Shown here piece after piece: positions 27,592-37,597 of a stretch of DNA of 64,000 nt. Location: the NCBI GenBank assembly GCA_964647585.1, contig CAZYGG010000008.1:2643-66642 (forward strand), in the 5' to 3' direction. Made by a program: the position numbers and the translations under genes. This DNA comes from an uncultured Desulfobacterales bacterium (GTDB taxonomy: Bacteria > Desulfobacterota > Desulfobacteria > Desulfobacterales > CAJINA01). A model generated the notes under the pieces. That model did no database searches. It was not told the origin of the DNA and saw only the letters and a program-made list of their open reading frames with translations. Position 1 is the first letter of the stretch; each line of letters opens with the position of its first letter.

Positions 27592-29007
27592 CTATGAAGC
27601 ATAAATGGAACACTTACGCACCGCCATGGCCGCCTCCTGCAGGGCCTCCGCAAAGGTGGGGTGGCCGTGTACCGTCCGGGCGATATCTTCTGAACTGGCT
27701 CCGAACTCCATGGCCAGGACACCCTCGGCAATCATATCCGCCGCCCGGGGACCGATAATGTGTATCCCCAGGATCCGGTCGGTCTTGCCGTGGGCAATGA
27801 GTTTCACGAAACCGTCCGTCTCCCCCATACAGCGGGCCCGACCAGCACCCGAGAAAGGATAGCTCCCCACGCAATAGGGAATCTCACGTTCTTTAACCTG
27901 CTCTTCGGTCAACCCCACCGCGGCCACCTCCGGCCAGGTGTATATCACTGAAGGTATTGTGTCGTAATTGACCTCGCCGGCCCGACCGGCCATACACTCC
28001 ACGGCCGCAATTCCTTCGGCAGAAGCCTTGTGCGCCAGGGCCGGCCCGGCTATCAGGTCTCCGATGGCGTAAACACCCGCAACACTGGTACGGTAGGTTT
28101 CATCCACGCTGACCAGGCCGGTGCGGCTGTCAGTGTCGACCCCGGCGGCTTCCAACCCCAACCCCGTAGTAAGGGGCCGGCGTCCCACGCTGACCAGCAG
28201 GCGGTCAAAGTTCAGGGTCTCTTCTTTTTCATTCTTGCCGACCACGGAAACCGCAACCGACCCGCCCTTGACCCGGGCCCCGGCCACTTTTGTATTGGTG
28301 AGGAAGGTAAACCCCTGTTTGCGCAGGAGCCGATCCAGGGAGCGCCCCACCTGGCCGTCCAGCAGGGCTGCAATCCGGGGCAGCATTTCTATAACGGTCA
28401 CCTTAGCGCCCAGCCGGCGCCAGACAGATCCCAGTTCCAAACCGATATAACCGCCGCCGACAATGCCCAGGTGTTTGGGAACGTGTTTAAAACTCAATGC
28501 CCCGGTTGAATCCACAATCCGGCTGCCATCGAACTCCAGCCCCGGCACTTCCACCGGCACGCTGCCGGTGGCCAGCAGGATATTCCCGGCGCTGACTTTT
28601 TTCGCGCGGCCCTTGCCCTTTTTGATGGTCACCTGGCCATCACCGGCCAGGCTGCCGGTTCCCTGGAGAATCTCGATACCGTTACCTTCCAGCAACTGAC
28701 GGACGTTATCGGTCAAATCGCTGACGACCTTGTCCTTGCGGGCCATCATCGTTTTCAGATCCAGAGAAACTTTGCCGGTCTTGATACCGTACTCAGACAG
28801 GCGGTCGGCAGCCAGGTGGTAATATTCACTCGCATCTAAAAGCGCCTTGCTGGGGATACAGCCCACGTTGAGGCAGACCCCGCCCAATCGGTCACCTTTT
28901 TCCACAACCGCTGTTTGCATACCGAGCTGGGCGGCCCTGACAGCCGCCACGTAACCACCCGGCCCTGAGCCGATAATGACCAGATCATAGTGTTGTTTCG
29001 CGGCCAT
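27592..29007 (-). CDS. lpdA: Dihydrolipoyl dehydrogenase (E3)
   Basis: GSGPGG, GGVCLNVGCIPSK, HPTFAE. Confidence 0.95.
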   Translation of the reverse strand: MAAKQHYDLVIIGSGPGGYVAAVRAAQLGMQTAVVEKGDRLGGVCLNVGCIPSKALLDASEYYHLAADRLSEYGIKTGKVSLDLKTMMARKDKVVSDLTDNVRQLLEGNGIEILQGTGSLAGDGQVTIKKGKGRAKKVSAGNILLATGSVPVEVPGLEFDGSRIVDSTGALSFKHVPKHLGIVGGGYIGLELGSVWRRLGAKVTVIEMLPRIAALLDGQVGRSLDRLLRKQGFTFLTNTKVAGARVKGGSVAVSVVGKNEKEETLNFDRLLVSVGRRPLTTGLGLEAAGVDTDSRTGLVSVDETYRTSVAGVYAIGDLIAGPALAHKASAEGIAAVECMAGRAGEVNYDTIPSVIYTWPEVAAVGLTEEQVKEREIPYCVGSYPFSGAGRARCMGETDGFVKLIAHGKTDRILGIHIIGPRAADMIAEGVLAMEFGASSEDIARTVHGHPTFAEALQEAAMAVRKCSIYAS

Positions 29008-29009
29008 GA

Positions 29010-30260
29010 TTACACCTCCAGGAGAATACGTTCCGGGTTTTCCATGTATTCTTTCACCCGTTTGAGAAAAGTCACCGCCCCTTTACCATCCACAATTCTG
29101 TGGTCGTAGCTCAGAGCGACGTACATCATCGGGCGGATCACGATCTCGTCATCCACCACCACCGGCCGTTTTTCGATCTTATGCATGCCCAGAATACCGC
29201 TCTGGGGAGTGTTGAGAATCGGGGTGCTCAGCAAAGAGCCGTAAACCCCGCCGTTGCTGACCGTGAAGGTACCCCCTTCCAGGTCAGCCAGCTCCAGCCG
29301 GTTTTCCCTGATCTTGCCCACATAGTCCACAATCGCCTGTTCCACCTGGGCAAAGTTCATGCGCTCGGCATGGCGGATGACAGGCACCACCAGGCCCTTT
29401 TTAGCACCGATGGCCACCCCGATATGCTGATAGTGGTGATAGACGAAGTCATCGCCATCCACAAAGGCGTTAATCTCGGGTATCTCTTTAAGGGCTTCCA
29501 CGCAGGCCTTGATAAAAAAGGACATGAAACCCAGTGAAACCCCGTGCCGGTCGGCAAAGGCCTGTTTGTATTGGGATCGGATGGCCATGGACCGGCTCAT
29601 GTCAATTTCGTTGAAGGTCGTCAGCATGGCGGTGTTCTGCCGCGACTCCAGCAGCCGTTCAGCGATGCGCTTTCTAATCGGCGACATGGCTTTGCGGACT
29701 TCCAGGGGCTGGCCCTGCTCCGGCAGACACTCCTGTTCTCCGGGCGACGGCAGCGCTTCCGGGATTCCGGCCGGAGCCTTTTCCAGGTAGAGCAAAACAT
29801 CACCTTTGCTGATCCGGCCGCCCGGCCCGGTGCCCGGTATCAGGGAGGCATCCAGGTTCTTCTCCCGGATCAGTCGTCTTACCGATGGCGCCAGCTGATC
29901 GCCGCCCGCCGGAGCGGGAGCCGGCGTGGCTGTCGCTGGTACGGGTTCGGGCGCCGGGGCCGGGGCTGGTTCTTCAGCCTTCGCCGGGGCCGCTTGTTCC
30001 GGTTGGACCGCTGGCGCAGTTACCTCGCCCTCTACCGGTGTAATCGTGCCGACCACGGCGCCGATGGCCACGGTTTCGCCCTCGGGCACCGTAATGGCGA
30101 CAATACCCCGGGTTTCGGCCACTACCTCCAGGGTCACCTTGTCGGTTTCGATGACCAGCAGGGGCTCATCGACCTCCACTGTATCACCATCCTGTTTGAA
30201 CCACTCGGCCAGCACCGCCTCCTGCACCGATTCACCCACACTGGGAATTACGATATCCAT
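29010..30260 (-). CDS. sucB: 2-oxoglutarate dehydrogenase E2 succinyltransferase
   Basis: ETDKV lipoyl motif, E3-binding domain, YDHRIVDG. Confidence 0.95.
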   Translation of the reverse strand: MDIVIPSVGESVQEAVLAEWFKQDGDTVEVDEPLLVIETDKVTLEVVAETRGIVAITVPEGETVAIGAVVGTITPVEGEVTAPAVQPEQAAPAKAEEPAPAPAPEPVPATATPAPAPAGGDQLAPSVRRLIREKNLDASLIPGTGPGGRISKGDVLLYLEKAPAGIPEALPSPGEQECLPEQGQPLEVRKAMSPIRKRIAERLLESRQNTAMLTTFNEIDMSRSMAIRSQYKQAFADRHGVSLGFMSFFIKACVEALKEIPEINAFVDGDDFVYHHYQHIGVAIGAKKGLVVPVIRHAERMNFAQVEQAIVDYVGKIRENRLELADLEGGTFTVSNGGVYGSLLSTPILNTPQSGILGMHKIEKRPVVVDDEIVIRPMMYVALSYDHRIVDGKGAVTFLKRVKEYMENPERILLEV

Positions 30261-30327
30261 AATATCCTACTCCTAGTTTGTTTACAGGTATAAATAGAGT
30301 CAATCCCTGCATAATAATTCACCGCCT

Positions 30328-30418
30328 TGTCACTCTGAGCGTAGCGAAGAGTCCCCAACAAAAGAAGGTAACCTTTCATTGTGGGGGATTCTTCGTCGCT
30401 TCGCTCCTCAGAATGACA
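30328..30418 (+). repeat. 91-bp palindromic repeat family B, copy 3
   Basis: Same consensus, between sucA and sucB. Confidence 0.85.
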
Positions 30419-30468
30419 ATCACCTGGCAATTATCCGATTTCGCCAACCGAAATGCCATAAGCTGGTT

Positions 30469-33198
30469 TTATTTTATGACTGCCCCCACGGCCTCGTCCA
30501 GCACTGCCGCCTGTTCTCTTTTATAAATGGCCGGGAACCCGGTTGCCGGGCTGGACGACGCCTTGCGGCCAATGTAGTCCGGCCGTTTGGTGGACGCCTC
30601 CTCGATCAACGGCTCCACGAATCGCCAGGCCCCCATGTTGGCCGGCTCTTCCTGCACCCAGATCAGCTTGTATCTTTTTCCCAACCCTGGCAGGGCCTTT
30701 TGCAACTGCGCCCCGGGAAAAGGGTAAATCTGCTCCAGGCGGATGATGACCGTATCGGTCAAACCGAGTTGGGTTCTTCTTTCCAGGAGCTGGTAATAGA
30801 GCTTGCCACTGCAGAGCAGCACCCGTTTCACGGAAGTCTGCCCGGCATCATCCACCAGTACCGGCTTGAAGGTGCCGGAAGTAAGCTCCCGGGTCTGCGA
30901 CACGGCCAGCGGGTGGCGTAACAGGCTTTTGGGGGTCAGAACCACCAGCGGCAGCCGGTGTCTGGATACCACCTGGCGCCGCAGCAGGTGAAAGTATTGC
31001 GCGGGCGTGGTGGGGTTGCAAACCTGCATGTTATCATCGGCACACAGCTGTAAAAAGCGCTCGGGACGGGCGCTGGAATGTTCCGGCCCCATCCCCTCCA
31101 TCCCGTGCGGCAACAGCAGGACCAGCCCGGAAAGCCGTTGCCACTTGGACTGACCGCTGGCAAAGAAAAGATCGATAATCGCCTGGGCGGTGTTGATAAA
31201 ATCTCCAAACTGGGCCTCCCAGATCACCAGACCTTCCGGACGAATCATGGCGTAACCGTATTCAAACCCGAGGACCCCGTACTCGGACAGGTGACTGTTG
31301 TAAACGTCAAACCGGCCCTGGCCCTCGTCTATATGGTTCAAAGGGGTATACCCTGCGCCGGTCTGGGAATCGAAAAGCACGCAGTGCCGCTGGCTGAAGG
31401 TTCCCCGGCGCACATCCTGGCCGCTGAGCCGGATGGGCCGCCCCTGTTTTAAAATGGACGCAAACGCCAGGCTCTCGGCATTGGCCCAATCAATTCCTTT
31501 GCCCGCCTTCACCGTGTCAGCCCGTTTGTCCAGGCCCCGTTTCACCTTTCGATTGATCGCGAACCCGTCAGGCGTTTTGGCCAGGCGGGTCGCCAGGGAC
31601 ACCAGTTCTCTCCCTTTCACGCTGGTGGCCGGGTGCTTGAAAGAAAACCGACCGTGGAACCCGTCCCAATTTTCAAAAAACCGGTCTTCCGGGAAAAGAC
31701 AGGTGCTGTCTTTTATGTCCGCGTAATCCTGCTCGAGTCGCCGGCTCAACGGGTCTGCGATTCCGGCCAGGTCCTTTTTCGAGATGATCTTCTCCGCCAG
31801 CAACGTTTCAGCGTAAGCATCATTCAGGGCCGGCCGGGTTTTGATACGGGCATACATCAGCGGCTGGGTAAAATAGGGGTCATCGCCCTCATTGTGACCG
31901 AAGCGCCGGTAGCAAACCAGGTCAATCACCACGTCTTTGTTAAACGTCCGCCGGTAGGCCTCAGCCAGCCTGGCAACATGAACCACCGCTTCGGGGTCCT
32001 CTCCGTGCACATGAAAGATCGGGACCATCAACATCTTGGCGACATCGGTGGAGTAGCGGGTAGAACGCGCGTCTTCAGGCAGCGTGGTATATCCGATCTG
32101 GTTGTTGATAATGACATGGATCGTACCGCCGGTGCGATATCCTTCCAGGGCAGACATGTTGAGGGTTTCGGCAACGACCCCCTGACCTGCAAAAGCCGCG
32201 TCACCGTGAAGACACACCGGCATAATTTTGGTGAAACCCACCTGCGGGTCATCCGTTTCAAGTTCCTGCCTGGCCCGGGCAATCCCCTCGACAACCGGAT
32301 CAACCGCTTCAAGATGACTCGGGTTGTTCACCAGGTACATCCGGAGGTTGTGGCCGCCGGTGGTAACGATATCCGCCAGGTAGCCATTGTGATATTTGAC
32401 ATCGCCGGCACCCACCAGCTGATCCGGATCGTAGCAGCTCTCAAATTCAGCGAATATTTCCGAATAGGGTCTTTCCAGAACATTTGTCTGAACGTTGAGC
32501 CGGCCCCGGTGGGCCATGCCGAGTATGATCTGGCCGACCCCGTTTTCAGCAGCGGTTTCCGTCAAGGCATCCAAAAAAGGAATCAGGGCGTCGCCCCCCT
32601 CCAGTGAAAATCGGGTAACGCCGGCGTACTTCTTGTTGAGAAAACCTTCAAATCCGGTCGACTGGACCAGTTTTTCAAGAATTTTTTGTTTTTCCGCGGG
32701 GCTGAAGGCCGTCCGGTTTCGGGCCGGCTCCATCCGCTCCTGCAGCCAGAGCCGTTCCGCCGGATCCTGAAGGTGCATGTATTCGACCCCGATTGAGCGA
32801 CAATAGGTCTCTTTTAAGGCCTGGATGATATCCTTGAGGGTGGCATCGGTCTTGAAAAGGGTTTCCGGAGCGATAAAGCGGCTGTCCAGTTCTTCGAGAG
32901 ACAGGCCGAAAGCGTCCAGGTCAAGCAGGGGGTGTTCGGTGGGGCAGGCGCTCAGGGGATCCATACAGGCCAGCAGGTGGCCGATATCCCGATACCGGTA
33001 AATCAGCGCGGCCACCTCAGCCTGGTTGGCCGCCTGGCCTCGCACCGGTTCACCCGGTCCACCCAGATTCCCCGCGTAGGCAATCTCGAATCCTTTGAAA
33101 AAATGCTGCCAGTCCGGGGAAACGGAGTCGGGATCCGCCTTCCACTTTTCATACTGGGCTTCGTAATAATCGATATTCAGGGTCTCATCCTGTTTCAT
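30469..33198 (-). CDS. sucA: 2-oxoglutarate dehydrogenase E1
   Basis: RFSLEGG, GMAHRGRLN, GDVKYH, HGDAAFAGQG, WEAQFGDF, GPEHSSARPERFLQ. Confidence 0.97.
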   Translation of the reverse strand: MKQDETLNIDYYEAQYEKWKADPDSVSPDWQHFFKGFEIAYAGNLGGPGEPVRGQAANQAEVAALIYRYRDIGHLLACMDPLSACPTEHPLLDLDAFGLSLEELDSRFIAPETLFKTDATLKDIIQALKETYCRSIGVEYMHLQDPAERLWLQERMEPARNRTAFSPAEKQKILEKLVQSTGFEGFLNKKYAGVTRFSLEGGDALIPFLDALTETAAENGVGQIILGMAHRGRLNVQTNVLERPYSEIFAEFESCYDPDQLVGAGDVKYHNGYLADIVTTGGHNLRMYLVNNPSHLEAVDPVVEGIARARQELETDDPQVGFTKIMPVCLHGDAAFAGQGVVAETLNMSALEGYRTGGTIHVIINNQIGYTTLPEDARSTRYSTDVAKMLMVPIFHVHGEDPEAVVHVARLAEAYRRTFNKDVVIDLVCYRRFGHNEGDDPYFTQPLMYARIKTRPALNDAYAETLLAEKIISKKDLAGIADPLSRRLEQDYADIKDSTCLFPEDRFFENWDGFHGRFSFKHPATSVKGRELVSLATRLAKTPDGFAINRKVKRGLDKRADTVKAGKGIDWANAESLAFASILKQGRPIRLSGQDVRRGTFSQRHCVLFDSQTGAGYTPLNHIDEGQGRFDVYNSHLSEYGVLGFEYGYAMIRPEGLVIWEAQFGDFINTAQAIIDLFFASGQSKWQRLSGLVLLLPHGMEGMGPEHSSARPERFLQLCADDNMQVCNPTTPAQYFHLLRRQVVSRHRLPLVVLTPKSLLRHPLAVSQTRELTSGTFKPVLVDDAGQTSVKRVLLCSGKLYYQLLERRTQLGLTDTVIIRLEQIYPFPGAQLQKALPGLGKRYKLIWVQEEPANMGAWRFVEPLIEEASTKRPDYIGRKASSSPATGFPAIYKREQAAVLDEAVGAVIK

Positions 33199-33441
33199 CC
33201 GTCGTCCCTCATCAATAGAGGACCGTTTGCTGGTCCTCTGCCCGGTTGCGGGTATGCTGCTGATCGAACGGCCAGGGTGTCAGGCCGCTGTGGAATTATT
33301 CTGAAAGAGGTTTTGTTACTGGAAGCTTTTACAAAACATATCGGTATCGTAGCAGCTTGTAAAGATATAAAGAAACCTGGCCCTTTGGGCCAGGTTTCAG
33401 GTTGACAGGCTGTAGGCCTTTAGGCTGAAGGAAAATTCGTA

Positions 33442-33540
33442 AATCCAGAATCATGAATATAGCTATTGGCTCTTAGCGGTTCTGTACAACCTTGGTTTTT
33501 ATCTATTTCATCTATAATTGCCAATCATGGATAGAGACTA
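33442..33540. repeat. Degenerate family A MITE remnant
   Basis: AGCTATTGGCTCTTAGCGGTT and CCAATCATGGATAGAGACTA match 793-948; nested between AGGCTG(T/A)AG-type arrays. Confidence 0.55.
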
Positions 33541-33584
33541 CCTAACAGTCTTCAGCCTACAGCCTAAACACCTGTACGCATCGT

Positions 33585-33803
33585 TCAATCCTTTCCGGGC
33601 CAGGGTTGATCCCGGTCAGCCACATGATAGCAAAACCGGTCCCACTCGAATTCCTTGAGGCTGATAGGGCACTTGAGCTTGACCTTCCTTGCCGTTACCC
33701 CAACGACCTCCCAGTCACCTTTGCGGGGACCGTCGGCGATATTGATCTTCTGGCCCGCCTCAAACGGAAAGGGGCTGAATATGTTTACCTTGTGCTGTGC
33801 CAT
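33585..33803 (-). CDS. Small hypothetical protein
   Basis: AAGGAG RBS; 72 aa; same strand as neighbours. Confidence 0.7.
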   Translation of the reverse strand: MAQHKVNIFSPFPFEAGQKINIADGPRKGDWEVVGVTARKVKLKCPISLKEFEWDRFCYHVADRDQPWPGKD

Positions 33804-33867
33804 TTCTACTCCTTACGATTTAACGGGCTCATTCTTGGATTAACGACTCCTGCCGGCGCTTTTACCC

Positions 33868-33958
33868 TGTCACTCTGAGCGAAGCGAAGAGTCCCTTTCA
33901 CGTTGAAGTTGTCTTACATTGTGGGGGATTCTTCGTCGCTGCACTCCTCAGGATGACA
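33868..33958 (+). repeat. 91-bp palindromic repeat family B, copy 4
   Basis: Same consensus and length. Confidence 0.85.
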
Positions 33959-34008
33959 GTAAAATCAAAAAAGTTATATGTTATCCGGGCTGTTTCCCGT
34001 TAAACGCA

Positions 34009-34830
34009 TCAAGTCTCACATAACAGCTGCCGGAGCCGCTCACTGAGAAACATGATTGATTCAATGTCCAGGTGGTCGGTTATGGTTTCGTCAAACAGGA
34101 ACTTGGCCATCGGTTCGAATCCGTCTTCCGGGTCTTCATCCCAGAACATCAGGGTGACCGGCACCCGGGGAAGGGGTTGAAAATAGAAATTCAGGCCGGA
34201 TGATTCCCGGTCATCGGTCCGTTCCTCGCCACCGATAGCCGCCGCCGACGCTTTTAGTTCGTCCGCCTTTCCCCGGAAACGTTGTATCAGGGGTGTCTCA
34301 ACCTGTTCGATCATCGACTTGATTTTTGAGACAGTGTTGGGGAACTCCACAAAGCCTTTCCATTTCCCGGAAGGCTCACGGCGTCCCCCCTGGGCCATGT
34401 GGTTGTAAATGAACACCTGTTCATAGCGGGTCAGTTCGGAACCATCTTTTTTACTGATTGAATCTGCATCTATGAAAAGGGCAGAGGTAAAATAGGGAAG
34501 TTCCAGGCAAATGGTCTCAGCACGGGTGCCCAAACGGCCCCCGATTCGGTCGGGCAGGTCTTCAATCCGCATGGATGTCGCTCTCTGGCGCGCCCACGCC
34601 AGTGCGTCGGCGGCATTATCCCGCTTGGTCCAGCGTCCCTCTTTGTATTGCTGTTCAAGTTCCGGTTTGCATTCGGCGAGCTGGTCCGCCTCCACATGGG
34701 GACACCCCCCGAGGTCATGTTTATCAGCGACCACTTTACTGGCAAACGCCAGGCAGGTGGGCGCCCCGCAATCACCGCAATTGGTCTTCGGCAACACATC
34801 ACGATAAAGATCTACCACGGAAAGCGCCAT
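34009..34830 (-). CDS. Fe-S domain plus DUF3786 protein
   Basis: LPKTNCGDCGAPTCLAFA..CP N-terminal domain; PLPRVPVTLMFW.D.ED..FD C-terminal domain. Confidence 0.85.
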   Translation of the reverse strand: MALSVVDLYRDVLPKTNCGDCGAPTCLAFASKVVADKHDLGGCPHVEADQLAECKPELEQQYKEGRWTKRDNAADALAWARQRATSMRIEDLPDRIGGRLGTRAETICLELPYFTSALFIDADSISKKDGSELTRYEQVFIYNHMAQGGRREPSGKWKGFVEFPNTVSKIKSMIEQVETPLIQRFRGKADELKASAAAIGGEERTDDRESSGLNFYFQPLPRVPVTLMFWDEDPEDGFEPMAKFLFDETITDHLDIESIMFLSERLRQLLCET

Positions 34831-34832
34831 AT

Positions 34833-35288
34833 CTACCACACCTCCGGATACCCGATATCCACGAAGGCCTTTTCCATTTTGTTTTTGTGCCCCTTTTCCA
34901 TGGTGGCCAAATCCTCAAAGACCTTCTTTTTATCAGGATCGTCACAGGCCGCCGCCATTTGCAGGTACTGGTTCATGGCGTCTTCCTCATTTTTCATGGC
35001 CAGGGCAATGGCATCGGCCGGTTTCATCTCCATGGAAAGCTCTGGCTTTTCAATCGTTTCGGCCACCTTGAAGTCAACCGAATCCCGGAAATACTGTTTG
35101 ATGCTCTCACTGTTAAGGATTTTTTCCAGAATCCGCTTGTGCCCCCTCTCGTCATCAGCCAGTTCGGCGAACATTTTCTTTAGATAAGGGTCTTCAACTT
35201 TATCCGACGCCTCCTGGTAAAACAGACTTGCTGCGATTTCCTCGCCTATGGCCATTTCGACAATTTTTTTATACTCCTGCAGTTCCAT
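34833..35288 (-). CDS. Ferritin-like (rubrerythrin family) protein
   Basis: DERGH and MEKGH ExxH motifs; start ATG 35288. Confidence 0.85.
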   Translation of the reverse strand: MELQEYKKIVEMAIGEEIAASLFYQEASDKVEDPYLKKMFAELADDERGHKRILEKILNSESIKQYFRDSVDFKVAETIEKPELSMEMKPADAIALAMKNEEDAMNQYLQMAAACDDPDKKKVFEDLATMEKGHKNKMEKAFVDIGYPEVW

Positions 35289-35378
35289 AACCTTCCCCCT
35301 TTCGAATGGCATCCGGGTTATCGATAGTTGTGCGGTGTATTTTCTGAAAAATGGTACTGATAAATATTGAGAAAAGAC

Positions 35379-35394
35379 TGCAATCTCCATGCCA
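35379..35394 (-). promoter_or_regulatory. Sigma54-type promoter
   Basis: TGGCAT-GGAGA-TTGCA on the minus strand. Confidence 0.7.
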
Positions 35395-35444
35395 CCCCGG
35401 GAACAATCCTGTTGCGCTCTCCAATTGATACCAGAGACCTTATC

Positions 35445-35460
35445 TGGTATGGGTTTTGCT
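35445..35460 (+). promoter_or_regulatory. Sigma54-type promoter
   Basis: TGGTAT-GGGTT-TTGCT. Confidence 0.6.
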
Positions 35461-35516
35461 ACATAAAAACCTCAGCCAGATCTAATATTACTAAAACCTA
35501 ATAAGTGAGGTCCCCC

Positions 35517-36356
35517 ATGCGTTGGAAACAGTTCTTTACCCCTGTGGAGTCCGTGGATTCCGGACAAGCCAGAGAGATGATGGCCAAAACCGCCACCGGT
35601 GACATGACGATTCTGGATGTCCGCCAGCCAAGCGAATACAGTGCCGGCCACATCCCCGGCGCAACCCTGATCCCCCTGCCCCAGTTAGGGGACCGGCTTT
35701 CGGAACTGGACCGGCAAAAGCCGCTGATGGTTTACTGAGCGGTCGGCGGCCGCAGCCGGGTTGCTGCGCAGATGCTGGCCGGGAAAGGCTTTGCGAATAT
35801 CTATAACCTCGCCGGGGGCATACGGGCTTTTGATGGTACTGCTGCGGTCGGTTCCCAGGACCTTGGCCTGGCTCTCTTCGCAGGCAAGGAATCCGGGCCG
35901 GAAGCACTGCTGGTAGCCTTTGGCCTGGAAACCGGCCTCAAGGAATTCTACGCCACCCAGGCAAATGCGGCCGCCGCTCCAGAAGTGAAGGCGCTGTTCA
36001 ACAAGTTGGGTAGCATTGAGGTAAAACACCAGGACAGGCTCGTTGAGGAGTACAACCGGCTTACCGGCAAAACCGCAACCCGGGAGGAACTGGAAACGCT
36101 GACATCCGGCCCGGATATGGAAGGCGGCCTCACTACGGAAGAATACATGAACCTTTTCAATCCTGATCTGGAATCGGTGGTGGATATCGTCTCGATCGCC
36201 ATATCCATCGAGGGCCAGGCCTTAGATCTTTACATGCGCGCTGCAGCGGACAGCAGTGATGAAGAGGGCCGCCATATGCTGACGCAAATGGCCGATGAGG
36301 AAAAAACCCATATGGCCCTGCTGGGAGATCTGCTGGATGAAGTATTGGCCACATGA
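35517..36356 (+). CDS. Rhodanese-ferritin/rubrerythrin fusion selenoprotein (Sec74, UGA 35736-35738)
   Basis: LDVRQPSEY..GHIPGA, VY-U-AVGGRS active loop, NLAGGI; track ORFs 35505 and 35772 share one frame; EVKH and EKTH; hairpin 35751-35768. Confidence 0.88.
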
Positions 36357-36441
36357 ACATAAGGTTGTATTTGGGTTCAGGGGTTTGCATTCACTCCCTC
36401 ACCGGGTACGGGGAACCGACAAGACTTCATTCGAGGACACT

Positions 36442-37548
36442 ATGCAAAAACGACTTGTTTTAATCGGCGCGGGGCATGCCCACATGGTCACGCTCAAGAA
36501 CCTGCAGCAGTTCGTGGAACGGGGATACGCGGTAACCGTCGTCGGCCCGTCAGCAGATCACTACTACTCGGGTATGGGGCCGGGCATGCTCGGTAAAACC
36601 TATAGACCGGGGGAGATCCGGTTTGCCGTAAAAAAGATGACCGAAACCAGGGGGGGAATATTCGTCACAGGCAAGGCCCAAAGCCTGGACCCGGACCGCA
36701 AGATTATCCGGCTGGAAGACGGACAGGAAATCCCCTACGATGTGGCCTCCTGCAACGCGGGCAGCTACGTCCCCGGCCTGGAAGGCCTGAATGAATCCGA
36801 GAACATCTTTGCCGTCAAACCCATCGAAAGGCTTCAGCAAGCCCAGAAAAAGATTATTCAGCTCGGTGAAAACGGATCCGGCCGCATCGCCATCATCGGC
36901 GGCGGCGCCTCGTCGGTGGAAGTGGCCGGCAACGTCGTAGCCCTGCTGCAAAAACACGGTCTCAAAGGTGTTTCGGTGAAGATCTTCGCCGGCAAAGGCC
37001 TAATGTCACGGTTCCCCGCCTGGATCGGCCGGCACGCGGAAAAATCCCTGTCCGCTCGGGGGGTAAAAATCCACAGAGGCAGCTACGTCTCAGGGATGGC
37101 CGGCGGCGAGGTCTCCCTGGAATCCGGCGAAACCCACCCGGCCGACCTGATCTTTCTGGCCCGGGGCGTAAAACCATCCCGGATGTTCGCTGACTCAAAC
37201 CTGCCCACCGGCCCTGACGGCGGCCTGCTGGTCAACCAATACCTGCAGTGCACCCAGTACCCGGAGCTTTTCGGGGGTGGCGACTGTATCTATTTTGAAG
37301 ACGATCCGCTGGACAAAGTGGGGGTCTACGCCGTGCGCCAGAACCCGGTCCTCTTTGCCAACCTCATGGCCGCCCTGGAAGGCAGCCCGCTGCAGCCCTT
37401 TGATCCGGGCGGCAACTACCTGCTCATTTTCAATCTCGGCGACGGCACCGGCATACTCAGCAAGGGATTCTGGCGTCTCACCGGCAAAATGGCCTTTAAA
37501 ATCAAGGATTACATCGACCGGAAATTCATAACGGCGTTTCAGGAGTAA
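36442..37548 (+). CDS. FAD-dependent pyridine nucleotide oxidoreductase (NDH-2 / SelD N-terminal domain-like)
   Basis: GAGHAH, YSGMGPG, GGGASSVE, GGGDC, KVGVYAVRQ, KDYIDRKF. Confidence 0.85.
   Translation: MQKRLVLIGAGHAHMVTLKNLQQFVERGYAVTVVGPSADHYYSGMGPGMLGKTYRPGEIRFAVKKMTETRGGIFVTGKAQSLDPDRKIIRLEDGQEIPYDVASCNAGSYVPGLEGLNESENIFAVKPIERLQQAQKKIIQLGENGSGRIAIIGGGASSVEVAGNVVALLQKHGLKGVSVKIFAGKGLMSRFPAWIGRHAEKSLSARGVKIHRGSYVSGMAGGEVSLESGETHPADLIFLARGVKPSRMFADSNLPTGPDGGLLVNQYLQCTQYPELFGGGDCIYFEDDPLDKVGVYAVRQNPVLFANLMAALEGSPLQPFDPGGNYLLIFNLGDGTGILSKGFWRLTGKMAFKIKDYIDRKFITAFQE
37390..37514 (+). repeat. Direct repeat copy 1 (3' part of the oxidoreductase gene)
   Basis: Matches 40181-40304 with 2 substitutions and a 1-nt indel. 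Confidence 0.9.
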
Positions 37549-37597
37549 GTGCCCCGCATGGTATCTCAATACGGCATTCATCAAACAAAGGACTGCT

